From the NCBI RefSeq assembly GCF_011745625.1, contig NW_027191454.1, positions 1,054,001-1,118,000 on the forward strand: a DNA stretch of 64,000 nt, given 5' to 3'. A program made the position numbers and the translations under genes. The notes beneath the pieces are model-generated. The model was not told the DNA's origin and did not search any database. It was given only the letters and a program-made list of their open reading frames with translations. The stretch comes from Cladosporium halotolerans (lineage: Eukaryota). Numbering within the stretch: position 1 is the first letter of the stretch; each line of letters opens with the position of its first letter. Shown here piece by piece: positions 12,535-21,976 of the stretch.

Positions 12535-14478
12535 ATGTCTTCTCACGAGGAGGAAAGCCCGAGCGCCACCGCGGCAGAGAAGAGAACAACGACTCTGAAA
12601 CACAACATAGAAAAAGCCCTGGCCCAAGAAAAACAAGACATTCAGGCCGGCCGTCTCAAGGATGAGAATCCTCTGGACAAGTCACATGACTTTTATCTCA
12701 TGTGCGATGCGGCACGCAGGGGAGACCTTCGACTGGCCCAAGAACAGATCACGAAAGGCGTGAACATCAATGCTCGAGATGAATATGATTACACGCCTCT
12801 CATCCTGGCCTCACTATGCGGGCATTTTGAGCTCGTGCAGATGCTGTTGGAACAGGGTGCCAAATGCGAGAGAGACACATTCCAGGGAGAGCGTTGTCTC
12901 TACAATGCTTTGAACGATCGCATCCGTAATCTGCTGCTCAGCTACGATTATTCGAAGTCAACCGATCCATTGCAACCGCTTGCTGGCCACATCACAAGTC
13001 TTTTGACCAGAGATTCGCCGCAGACCGCAGACATCACCTTGCACACCTCTGATGCATCCTTCCAACTTCACAAATTCGTCCTATCTGCGCGCTCGCCATA
13101 CTTCCGCAACAAACTTCGAGAGAAGCCGGAGACGAAATCATGGAAACTCGCACCCAAGATCCCGACCGGAAGTTTCGAGACGTGTCTGCGGTACCTGTAC
13201 TTCGACGAGCCAGAGATCAGCCCGCAAGAATCAGAAGAGGCGGAGAAGGCGGTCCTCGAAGGCGTCGGCACACTTTCACGCCAACTAGAAGTACCACAGG
13301 TCTTCGAAACGATCCTCAACCCGGGCGACCGCAGACAAGCGCGGCAAAGAAGACAAGACGACGTCGAGAAAGGACGCGACCAAATGGAAACCTGGTTCAG
13401 AGAAAACGTCCTGCAAAAACAATTCGAAGTTGACGCCGACAAGACGAACGAGGTACACTGGAAGCGCGACAACTCCAGCTTCGCCGACGTCCTCCTCCTC
13501 GCCGACATCAACCCCGAAGACGAAGACGCCGACGACGACACCACCTCCTCCGACCACCCCACAACCACCATCCCCATCGGCCCCTCCGCGCCCTCCCACC
13601 GCCGCCACCGCAAAACTCTCTTCCCCGCCCACCGCGCCATGCTCCTGCGCTCCGAGCTCTTCGCAACAATGTTCACCTCGCCCTTCCGCGAAGGCCAGAT
13701 CTCCTCCTCCCCCGACACCTCCGACTCCACCTCGCCACCCCTGCAAATCATCCCCGTCGACTGCTCCCCCGCCGTCCTCGCCGTCGTCCTCACCTTCCTG
13801 TACACCGAGAACGCCTCCTTCCCGCTGCCCATCGCCCTCGACGTCCTGCACGCCGCCGACATGCTCTTCGTCGAGAAGCTCAAGCAGCGCGCCGCGCTCC
13901 TCATCTCGACCCTCGGCAACGGCGCCGCGGGCTCCATCGTCGAGTCCCCCGCCCAGTCGGCCGCCGACCAGCCGCACGACTGGATCTACGACGTCGTGCG
14001 CTCCGGCTGGGACTGCCGCGTGCACCGGCTCGAGGAGTTCGGCGCGCGCTACATTGCCTACCGGCTGGAGTCGTACGTCGACGACGAGGAGTTCAAGGAG
14101 CTCGTGCGGGAGTCCGCGGCGCGGATCAAGGCGCGGCAGGAGACGGACACGGTCGAGATTGTCGACGATATCAGGTATTATCTGAGCGAGCGGTTTAGGC
14201 TGCGGTTTGAGGATTCGGGGCTGGGGGAGATGATGGATGAGGAGGAGGGGAGTGGGAGTGAGAAGGAGGAGGGAGAGGGAGAGGGAGAGGATGACGAGGG
14301 GTATGCGGGTTCACCGGGGCTGGCGCCGGATTTGGAGGCGCATGCTGGTGCGGAGGGGGTTATTAGGACGCTTGATGGGGAGGTGGCGGGCGATGAGTTT
14401 GCGCAGGATGCGCTGAATTATCAGATTTTGTTGGGGAAGATTGATGGGTTGTTGGATGAGTTGACGTTGGATGCTTAG
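12535..14478 (+). CDS. Ankyrin repeat and BTB/POZ domain protein (Btb3/ABTB1-like cullin-3 adaptor)
   Basis: Ankyrin repeats (INARDEYDYTPLILASLCGH, CERDTFQGERCLY) plus two BTB-like segments (HKFVLSARSPYF; HRAMLLRSELFATMF). First ATG at 12535. Confidence 0.88.
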   Translation: MSSHEEESPSATAAEKRTTTLKHNIEKALAQEKQDIQAGRLKDENPLDKSHDFYLMCDAARRGDLRLAQEQITKGVNINARDEYDYTPLILASLCGHFELVQMLLEQGAKCERDTFQGERCLYNALNDRIRNLLLSYDYSKSTDPLQPLAGHITSLLTRDSPQTADITLHTSDASFQLHKFVLSARSPYFRNKLREKPETKSWKLAPKIPTGSFETCLRYLYFDEPEISPQESEEAEKAVLEGVGTLSRQLEVPQVFETILNPGDRRQARQRRQDDVEKGRDQMETWFRENVLQKQFEVDADKTNEVHWKRDNSSFADVLLLADINPEDEDADDDTTSSDHPTTTIPIGPSAPSHRRHRKTLFPAHRAMLLRSELFATMFTSPFREGQISSSPDTSDSTSPPLQIIPVDCSPAVLAVVLTFLYTENASFPLPIALDVLHAADMLFVEKLKQRAALLISTLGNGAAGSIVESPAQSAADQPHDWIYDVVRSGWDCRVHRLEEFGARYIAYRLESYVDDEEFKELVRESAARIKARQETDTVEIVDDIRYYLSERFRLRFEDSGLGEMMDEEEGSGSEKEEGEGEGEDDEGYAGSPGLAPDLEAHAGAEGVIRTLDGEVAGDEFAQDALNYQILLGKIDGLLDELTLDA

Positions 14479-14730
14479 ATGGAGTTGTGGAGTGGCAAGA
14501 GAAGGACGAGCGGGTGGAATGTGTTATGACCATTGGAGTTTGTACATGAAGCGGCATTGCGTTGCATTGCATACTTGATATTTCGGATATATTTGCAAAA
14601 AAGTGCACATTACTATAACTTTTCATTCTCTTACTTCCGGACTGCTGAAGCTAACGATTTTGAAAATGCTCAAAAATTTGTACAGAAGCCAATGGAAGTT
14701 TTTCCCTCTGCAAAAGTCACATCAAAGCGT

Positions 14731-16646
14731 CTAGGCCAGCTTCACCTGGCCAACTGGCGGTGTGCTCGAGCTGCTCGCGCTGCTCATCATACCGCTGGGC
14801 TCGCCATCGCCCTTCACGGGCCTCTGAGATGACACCGGCTGCTTCATCTGCAGCTCCTCGCCATCGATCGTGCGGCCCATCGGCTTGCCAGACTCCTCGT
14901 CGTAGTCCTTCCAGAAATCCTTCTTGCCGTGAGCCGCGCGCTTGACCCAGGGGGGAAGGATGCCGCCGGGGAGCTTGTAAGTCCAAGGGTCTTTGAGCTC
15001 CTTGTTCTCGGGCTTGATGCGGCCGCCGGTGGCCTTCTCAATGATCCAGACGGTGGTGTTGATCAGGATGTAGGAGAGGATGCCGGCGATGAGGCCGTCG
15101 GCGATGGAATAAGTGAAGGGCATCATCGTGATCGTCAAGAAGGCGGGGATGGCGTCGCCCATGTAGCGCCAGTTGATCTCTGCAGCAGCCTTGGCCATCA
15201 TGGATCCAACGATGATGAGCGTGCAGCCGGTGGCCCAGGGCGGGATTGAGGCGAAGATCGGAGCGAAGAAGATGGCGATGAAGAAGCAGAGACCGGTGGT
15301 CATGGCTGTAAGACCAGTCGCGCCGCCTTCAGAGATACCAGCACCAGACTCGACGAAGGCTGTGACGGGAGGGCAGCCGAACAGAGAGCCGATGGTGACA
15401 CCGAAAGCGTCAACCAGGTACGCGATGGCGGAACCCTCGAAATCCTGCGTCTCCTCGTCGATGGCACCAGCAAAGCGAGCCATGGAGTACATCGTGCCAG
15501 TGCAGTCAAGGATGTCGACATACAAGAAGCTGTTAGAGTGTCAGTGCGGGCTCCTCAAGGGTACAATGCAAAATGGACGTACGTGATGAATGCCAATCCA
15601 AACTGGCCACCGTAAGAGCTAACGTTCCACTCCTGGACGTTAAGAGTTTTCTGGATAGGGTGGAAAGATGCAACCTTCTTGAAGAAATCGAATCCACTGT
15701 CTCCCAGCTCGGTGTACGGGAAGTAGGTGACTTCGGTGCCTCTAGGCCAGGAGATGATGCTGACAAGCAGAATGCCAATGATGATCGCACCCTTGACGCG
15801 GAACATCATCAAGAATACGGTGAAGAAACCGCTGCAGAAAATACCGATCCACATGGTGGGGTTGCGCATCTTGTCGTAACTCGGGCAAAGTCCAGTGTCT
15901 GGATCTTTGTTCGCCTGGTGGCAACCTGCCAATTCCATAGGAGTTGAAACAGCACCAGTGACAGCGCCAATACCAGCAGAATACGTGAGGCCAATCAGCG
16001 TCAGGTAAAGACCAATACCAACACCTGTGGCAAGCTTGATCGAAGCTGGAATGGCCCTAGCAAGCCATTGACGGAGTCCGAGAACAGTGAGAGCCACGAA
16101 GACGAAGCCTTCGACGAAGACAGCGGTGAGAGCGACTTCGTAAGATACCAGACCAGACCCGTGAAAGCCGACGACAGTGTAAGCGAAGTAAGCGTTGAGA
16201 CCCATGCCAGGCGCGCAGGCGATTGGCATGTTGGCGAGGATCCCCATGGCAAAGGTGGTCAAGGCAGAAATGGCAGCGGTGGCAGTGACGAGATCGCGTC
16301 TGATTTCTTGAACGCATTGCAAGTACTCAGTGTTGGTAGAGCAAAGGTCGCTCATGCTCTCAGGAGGACAGACACAGGTGCCGCCAGTCTCCGAGACAAT
16401 GGTGCTGTTGACCGAGATGATGTAGGCCATGGCGAAGAAGGTGGCCAGGCCGGCGCGGATCTCCGTGAAGAAGTAGGAGCCCTTGCGTTCCTTGGGCTAC
16501 GAGGGTATCAGCCCTATGATTGCCATGCATACTCGTCGTTGAGCGGTTCAACTCACGTGTCCGGAGCCTTCAAGACGGAAATACCTGCCCACGGGGCTGC
16601 GAGCAACAGCCGCGTTGGCGTTCGATACCCATGCTGCTGCGCCCAT
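14731..16646 (-). CDS. AzgA-family purine (hypoxanthine/adenine/guanine) permease
   Basis: TEIRAGLATFFAMAYII, APGMGLNAYFAY, ESGAGISEGG and PFTYSIADG motifs; many TM segments; introns ~16497..16554 and ~15530..15582. Confidence 0.9.
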
Positions 16647-17384
16647 GGTGTGGATTTGCGCTGCGACGGAGTGAGCAAAAAAATGGGGCGCGACAGACGC
16701 AAGACCGCAGTCTTCAAGACGAATTTGCGATTCTTATGGTCGCGTGGTCATGCGAATATAAGAAGCATAAGAAGCAAAGCTCTAGCAAAAGGCCTATCGC
16801 GGATAGGCCGCGCTATACATGTTCCAGAAGGGCGGGCGCACAAAGATTTTTTTGCTCATTGGTTCGATAACGGGGTGACGAGCCGGGTGGGGTCCTTGGC
16901 GACCCTGGGGCGCTTCTGGGAGGGCGAGAAGGCGAGACGGAGCATGGGAAGCGCCTTGGCAGCCGTTGATAGCATCTGGCCGACCAGGATGCTATCTCGA
17001 TACCAATTCTTTGCGCGCGCGAGCGTAACAGAAATGCTGAGGCTGCAGCGACATCTCCAGCAACCCGTGTCTCGGTGTTGCAGATACGCTGCGACTGCAT
17101 GATGGCGTCTGCGGGCTCGCCTCCGCCATACTGTCCAGCATGGGGGACGAGCTCACCGAGGGTCAGCTAGGGCTGCGGAGGTGAAATTGCGCGGTGGCAT
17201 GACTGTACACAAGTGTTATGTCGAGCAAGTCTGGCCGTCAAGGGCTGCGTGGGCTGGTAGGGCGCGGAGTGGAGCAGCGTTGGGATGGTTGTTACGCGCG
17301 AAAGCCTGGTCGGAGAGGAGAAGCGGCTCTCTGCGGCTCCACCAACCACAGGGCGCACGATCGAGGCTCATGCCGTCTGCCGCG

Positions 17385-17460
17385 TCCCGCATCCCGTCTA
17401 CCGCTTCCCGCTTCCCGCTTCCCGCATCCCGCATCCCGCCTCAGGCCTCCCGCATCCCGC
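17385..17460 (+). repeat. (TCCCGCW)n heptamer microsatellite in the promoter of the Cdt1-like gene
   Basis: Eight perfect TCCCGC copies at 17385, 17406, 17413, 17420, 17427, 17434, 17448 and 17455. Confidence 0.85.
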
Positions 17461-17661
17461 TCACCTCGCGCGCTAAGCTGAGACGCGACTGGGAAGTGCT
17501 TCACGCGCTCCGCGTGTCGTTTTGGCGTTTCCGCGCTTCAACTCCTCGCACTGGGCATTCCATTTGCAACCACCGCCCTGCATTTTCACCACTTTATAAT
17601 TGCATTGCATCTTCAGCGTATTCTCCTTAATACTGCATTGTAACATTATACTCTACGCACC

Positions 17662-19218
17662 ATGGCCGCCCCTTCCAGGAAACGCAAGGCCGCTGTGGAA
17701 GATGCGACCGCCAGTAAACAAACAACCTGCACTACAACCTTGAAAACGGCAAAGAGCTCAGCCACTCCTGGTAGCCTCGACGATGGAAAGCAAACTCAGA
17801 AAAGACGGAGGACCGGAAATGCTCGCTCATCAACCCCACCTCCGCCTGCACCTGGCTCGGCGGTAGCGTCGAGCAAGAGGAAGCGAACATTGGACTCTGT
17901 CGCCGAGCAATCGGATGAAGACCAAGAGAGAAAGTCCGGCGTCCCAGATGGCTTTTTCAAGAAGTTCGCCGAGGAATCGGATCAAGCCCGAGAGAGGAAG
18001 TTCAAGGTCCAAGAAGGGTTCTTCAAAAAGTTCGCCAAACCGAAGACTGCCGGCACACCTCAGTCGTCTCAATTCAAGGACACGCTGCCTTCACCGGCGC
18101 AGACGCCAACGAGAAACGCCCAACAACTTTTCGATCGAATGAACCTCCGCGCAACTTCCCCGCCTACACATCCGCCCAGCAAGAAATCACGAACACTTGA
18201 AACGCCCCCTACATCGCCGGATGTCGAGAAGGTCCAGCCTAACGCTGTCCTTCCGGAAGAACTGCGCGACCTACTATCTCTTCATTCGTCTTTCCTCACA
18301 GCTTGGTCTCTACACTCTGCGCATAATTCTGGCTCAGCTTCTGCTGTTAACATCAAAATTTTACTCCCGATGATCACGGCAAATTGGAGAAAGCGAAGCG
18401 TGACTGTCAGCGACGTTCGTAAGATCTTGGCTCTGACACCAAACTCCGGCGCTGCTTTCATGCTCGAGGACCGCGCGCGAGCTGGCATTTTCCTTGCGCG
18501 CGTGCTTCCAAGTGAGCAGGACACGCAACGGCAGACCACCTACATCGATGAAGCGGCGCTAAATGCTGTCTTCGAGACCTCACTCCGAGAGGCATGGGCC
18601 GACTGGTGCTCGAAGACTCCAGAGGAGCTCCTCACTGGCAGATCATTCGTGCGACAGCTCCCCCAGGCCGAAATGGTACAAAACGAAGCAACCAAGAACG
18701 CCGCTCCGCTCTACTCCCGCGGCCAGCAGCGCCTCGCAGATCTCAAAGCCGGGCAAGCAGCCGCCAAAGCCGAGACCGAATCCGCGCAATCACCAGCTCC
18801 TTCAACCGCCAAAAACGCATCCGGCATCCAGAACCGCAACACGTCCCTCCTCGACCGCATCCTCGCCAAACAAGCCTCCACCGCCGCCCTGCCGGCCGGC
18901 CCCACGCGGTCGGAACTCGAGCGCAAATCCGCCCTGCACAGGATCGAGGACGTCACCCGCGTACTGGACATGCTGGCTGCCGGTCAAATGCGCGCGAGTT
19001 TCAGCATGCCGGCCGTCGTGCAGCATTTGCAGCAGAGCTTGCGCAATCCCATCACGAGGGAGGAGACTGAGAGGTGTTTGGGTATCATGGCGGCGGAGAT
19101 CATGCCTAGCTTCGTGAAGGTCGTGGCCAGCGGAGCTCTGAAGGGCGTTGTGGTGACGAGAGGTGGAAAGATTGGGTTTGCTGATCTGAAGGAGAGGTTG
19201 GCCAACGCTGGAGCTTGA
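17662..19218 (+). CDS. DNA replication licensing factor Cdt1-like protein
   Basis: Basic S/TP-rich N-terminus; middle domain LPEELRDLLSLHSSFLTAWSLH; C-terminal winged-helix-like region RNTSLLDRILAKQ...SFSMPAVVQHLQQSLRNPI resembling fungal Cdt1. Recognised by motif memory, not by search. Confidence 0.72.
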   Translation: MAAPSRKRKAAVEDATASKQTTCTTTLKTAKSSATPGSLDDGKQTQKRRRTGNARSSTPPPPAPGSAVASSKRKRTLDSVAEQSDEDQERKSGVPDGFFKKFAEESDQARERKFKVQEGFFKKFAKPKTAGTPQSSQFKDTLPSPAQTPTRNAQQLFDRMNLRATSPPTHPPSKKSRTLETPPTSPDVEKVQPNAVLPEELRDLLSLHSSFLTAWSLHSAHNSGSASAVNIKILLPMITANWRKRSVTVSDVRKILALTPNSGAAFMLEDRARAGIFLARVLPSEQDTQRQTTYIDEAALNAVFETSLREAWADWCSKTPEELLTGRSFVRQLPQAEMVQNEATKNAAPLYSRGQQRLADLKAGQAAAKAETESAQSPAPSTAKNASGIQNRNTSLLDRILAKQASTAALPAGPTRSELERKSALHRIEDVTRVLDMLAAGQMRASFSMPAVVQHLQQSLRNPITREETERCLGIMAAEIMPSFVKVVASGALKGVVVTRGGKIGFADLKERLANAGA

Positions 19219-19814
19219 GGAGATGGAGAATTTCATGTTGAGGAGTGACTTGGCTTGACCATGTTGCAACGCCTTTTCACGGGCTTTCATTTTTGTTTGC
19301 ATTGGATTTCAGCGAGCGGCACTGGCGTACATGACGCGTTTTGCATAGATTCGGCGTGTTGTGGTTTTAGAAGCGTGCATTTAGATACACCCCCTGCTGT
19401 ATATCAATCGATCTCCAGAGACCCACTGTACCAGATGCCCCGCACTCCCGTAAACTAATGATACAAGGTCAAGATCTCAATCAATGGGAAGAGAGACCAC
19501 AAGACTGCTCAATCGACCTGTCGCATGCAGTTGAGACCTTGCCTATGTAGACGTCGAAGCGAAAATAGGGTTATGTGGCGTTGATTCAAGTCCACGTGTA
19601 CGAGCCCTGGATCGGCGTTCCAACATGTGAAAGCAACGTCATGACCTTGGGGAAATCAACCTCAGATGCAGCCTCGCGACCACACAACAGTCTCCACACC
19701 AACAAACGTCTTCGCATGGTCTGCCGTCTCCCGCAATAATGTCTCACTCGCATACATAGTCTCGTCCTCGCATAAAAATGCTACAGACCTTCGAGTCCCT
19801 CGTTAACTACAATC

Positions 19815-21041
19815 ATGGCCTCCACCCTCCGCGGCGCGCTCAAAGCAGCCACGAGCCGCAGACCCAGCGCCGACGACCCCGAAGCCGCCGCTCCAGAAGC
19901 TGAAAAGTACCGTCTCATCGTCACCGGCGGCCCCTCCTACGACAAGACCCAGCACAAAGTCATACCCGTCAACACCGGTGAATCCATCACGGTCGAAAAC
20001 GCCTTCCTCACCGCCAAGATCGCAGTCCGCATCCGCAACTACCGCGGCCTGCCCAGCCGCTGCCCGCCCACGAGCCCTTACTTCGCCGATCCCTGGCACG
20101 GCAAGGACCAGTACAGCGTGGCCTTCAGCTTCGTGCCCAAGCAGGACCTGCCCAGCCTCAACACCGTCTGGGGCAACGACTTCGACCACCCCGTGCGCGA
20201 CCGCCTGCCCCCGGGCTTCAACCTCGCCTTCAAGATCGTCAAGGACTTCATCGACCCCGGGCTTTCCTGCGACGCCTACGCCGACGAACCCTGGCTCTAC
20301 GGGCCCAGCCTGAGCTGCTGGTTCGCTTTCCGCGTGGGCGAGAAAGTCGGCGAGGGCGAGCACTTCGCCGCGCCGGGCGAAGAGGAGGTCACGCGCGAGG
20401 GCGGCGACGGGTCCGGGGCGGACGAGCGCGCGCGCCTGGGTTTGCCGGAGAACAACGAGAAGCGGCGGAAGTTCTTCCTGGAGGCCGCGAACCGCGAGGC
20501 GTTCACGTTCGAGAAGGGCAGGTGCTACACGGCGGACTTCTTCAATCCGTATTTGGATTTTGGCAATTGTGCGCTGAAGCTGCCGGGTTTCAGCCTGAAT
20601 GTCATTCGCTATGTGGATAACAAGAGCCATTGCTTGCGGTATGTGTTTAAGAACCGCGAGACGGGGGATGTTTATGTCAATGTGAATATTGCGTTGTTGT
20701 GGGAGGAGGATTTGAGGGCTGCGGAGAGGGCGGAGAAGGAGGGGGATGAGGCGTTGCAAGCGGCGATTGGTGGGGAGGTGGTCCGCGGCGAGGAGACAGA
20801 GCCAGCGCGAAACTCGCCAGAGGTGGATGGCGTGGGCAACGGTCAGGGAGGCGATGTGGTCAACGACAATGGCCCTGCTGATGGAGCTACTGGAGATGGG
20901 AAAGACAGTCCCGACTCCGAATCTCGTTCAGAGGCGAAAGAGTCTCAGACAGCGGACGTCTCTCAGAATCACGAGATCCGTGAACACCTTGAGGGCACCG
21001 CGTCCGCAGACAAGAGAGGGAACTCAGCGGGAATCTTATGA
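19815..21041 (+). CDS. Conserved fungal protein, DUF1769-like
   Basis: Intronless 408-aa ORF with VWGNDFDHPVRDRLPPGF, DFIDPGL, YADEPWLYGP and DFFNPYLDF motifs. Confidence 0.8.
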   Translation: MASTLRGALKAATSRRPSADDPEAAAPEAEKYRLIVTGGPSYDKTQHKVIPVNTGESITVENAFLTAKIAVRIRNYRGLPSRCPPTSPYFADPWHGKDQYSVAFSFVPKQDLPSLNTVWGNDFDHPVRDRLPPGFNLAFKIVKDFIDPGLSCDAYADEPWLYGPSLSCWFAFRVGEKVGEGEHFAAPGEEEVTREGGDGSGADERARLGLPENNEKRRKFFLEAANREAFTFEKGRCYTADFFNPYLDFGNCALKLPGFSLNVIRYVDNKSHCLRYVFKNRETGDVYVNVNIALLWEEDLRAAERAEKEGDEALQAAIGGEVVRGEETEPARNSPEVDGVGNGQGGDVVNDNGPADGATGDGKDSPDSESRSEAKESQTADVSQNHEIREHLEGTASADKRGNSAGIL

Positions 21042-21274
21042 ATGACGCGCGCACGATGAGACGACATGGACGACTTGGGACGCGATGGATATAAATTACA
21101 CGCTCGGGCGACAGAACCAGAGGTAAATTTGATATCGAAATAAATGCAAACCTAGAACGAGAAAACGCATTCAGACACTACCCTCCTTGAATCGCGGCCT
21201 AGTAGTTTTGCTCCTTGCATGAGGTGTCAGTCGAGTGAAAGTGTGGAAATGTCTCCTTATGTAATTGATAATAT

Positions 21275-21830
21275 GTGGACTCGAGAAGGGGAGAAATGCA
21301 GTCAGCCGCTAGCGTCTAGCAACCAGCGTCCAATCGGCTCTCGATCTCGCGGACATGTAAGTGAATTGACACAGAAATTGAGATTTATTTAATTATTAAA
21401 AAGTTGACTCGAGATCGGAAGGAATGCAGCCAGCCGCTAGCGTCGAGCGTCCCTTGCCCAATCAGGTTTGACGTCCGCCGGTACATAAGTGAATTGATGC
21501 TTTGGAAAAAATAATGAATTAATTAAAATGTTGACTCGAGAAGGGAACAAATGCAAGCAGCCGCTAGGGCGCGGAGCTCGCTGGCGAATGACGTGAACCG
21601 AGTCGCGCGATGCAAGTGAACGATATTTTATTTGTTATTTAATAAATGTTGACTCGAGAAGGGAAGATATGTAGCCAGCCGCTAGCGCGAGAGGCTGACG
21701 GTCCAATGGCGTGTCTAGATTACCGCGCTGTAAGTGAAACTGTATTTTCATTAAAGATTTCACTCAATGTTGACTGGAGAGCAGACAGCAAGCAACCAGC
21801 CGTTGGCGTGCGGGATTCACTGCCGTACTT
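21275..21830. repeat. Degenerate tandem array A, 5 units, period 118-128 bp
   Basis: GACTCGAG/GACTGGAG anchors at 21278, 21406, 21533, 21651 and 21772, each followed by a purine-rich stretch and CAGCCGCTAG (CAGCCGTTGG in unit 5). Units 1-4 continue with AAGTGAA plus an AT-rich tract. Confidence 0.9.
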
Positions 21831-21976
21831 TTCGCATCACGATCGGTCAAACACGAACAGCTTATCGATGGATTGTAAACAGTAAATCGTCTTCAGTTGA
21901 CACCATTACATGGCAAGTACCCTATGAAATCATGATGTCGTTACAACAGAAAAGAACAACATAATCCTACACCCCA

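Noticed and set aside
9476..19218. Cell-cycle 'cluster' (nimA, BTB adaptor, Cdt1-like)
   Set aside because: Proximity of housekeeping genes without shared regulatory evidence; chance is sufficient.
21275..21830. CRISPR array interpretation of array A
   Set aside because: Eukaryotic context, no cas genes, repeats too degenerate, and conserved motifs lie inside the supposed spacers.
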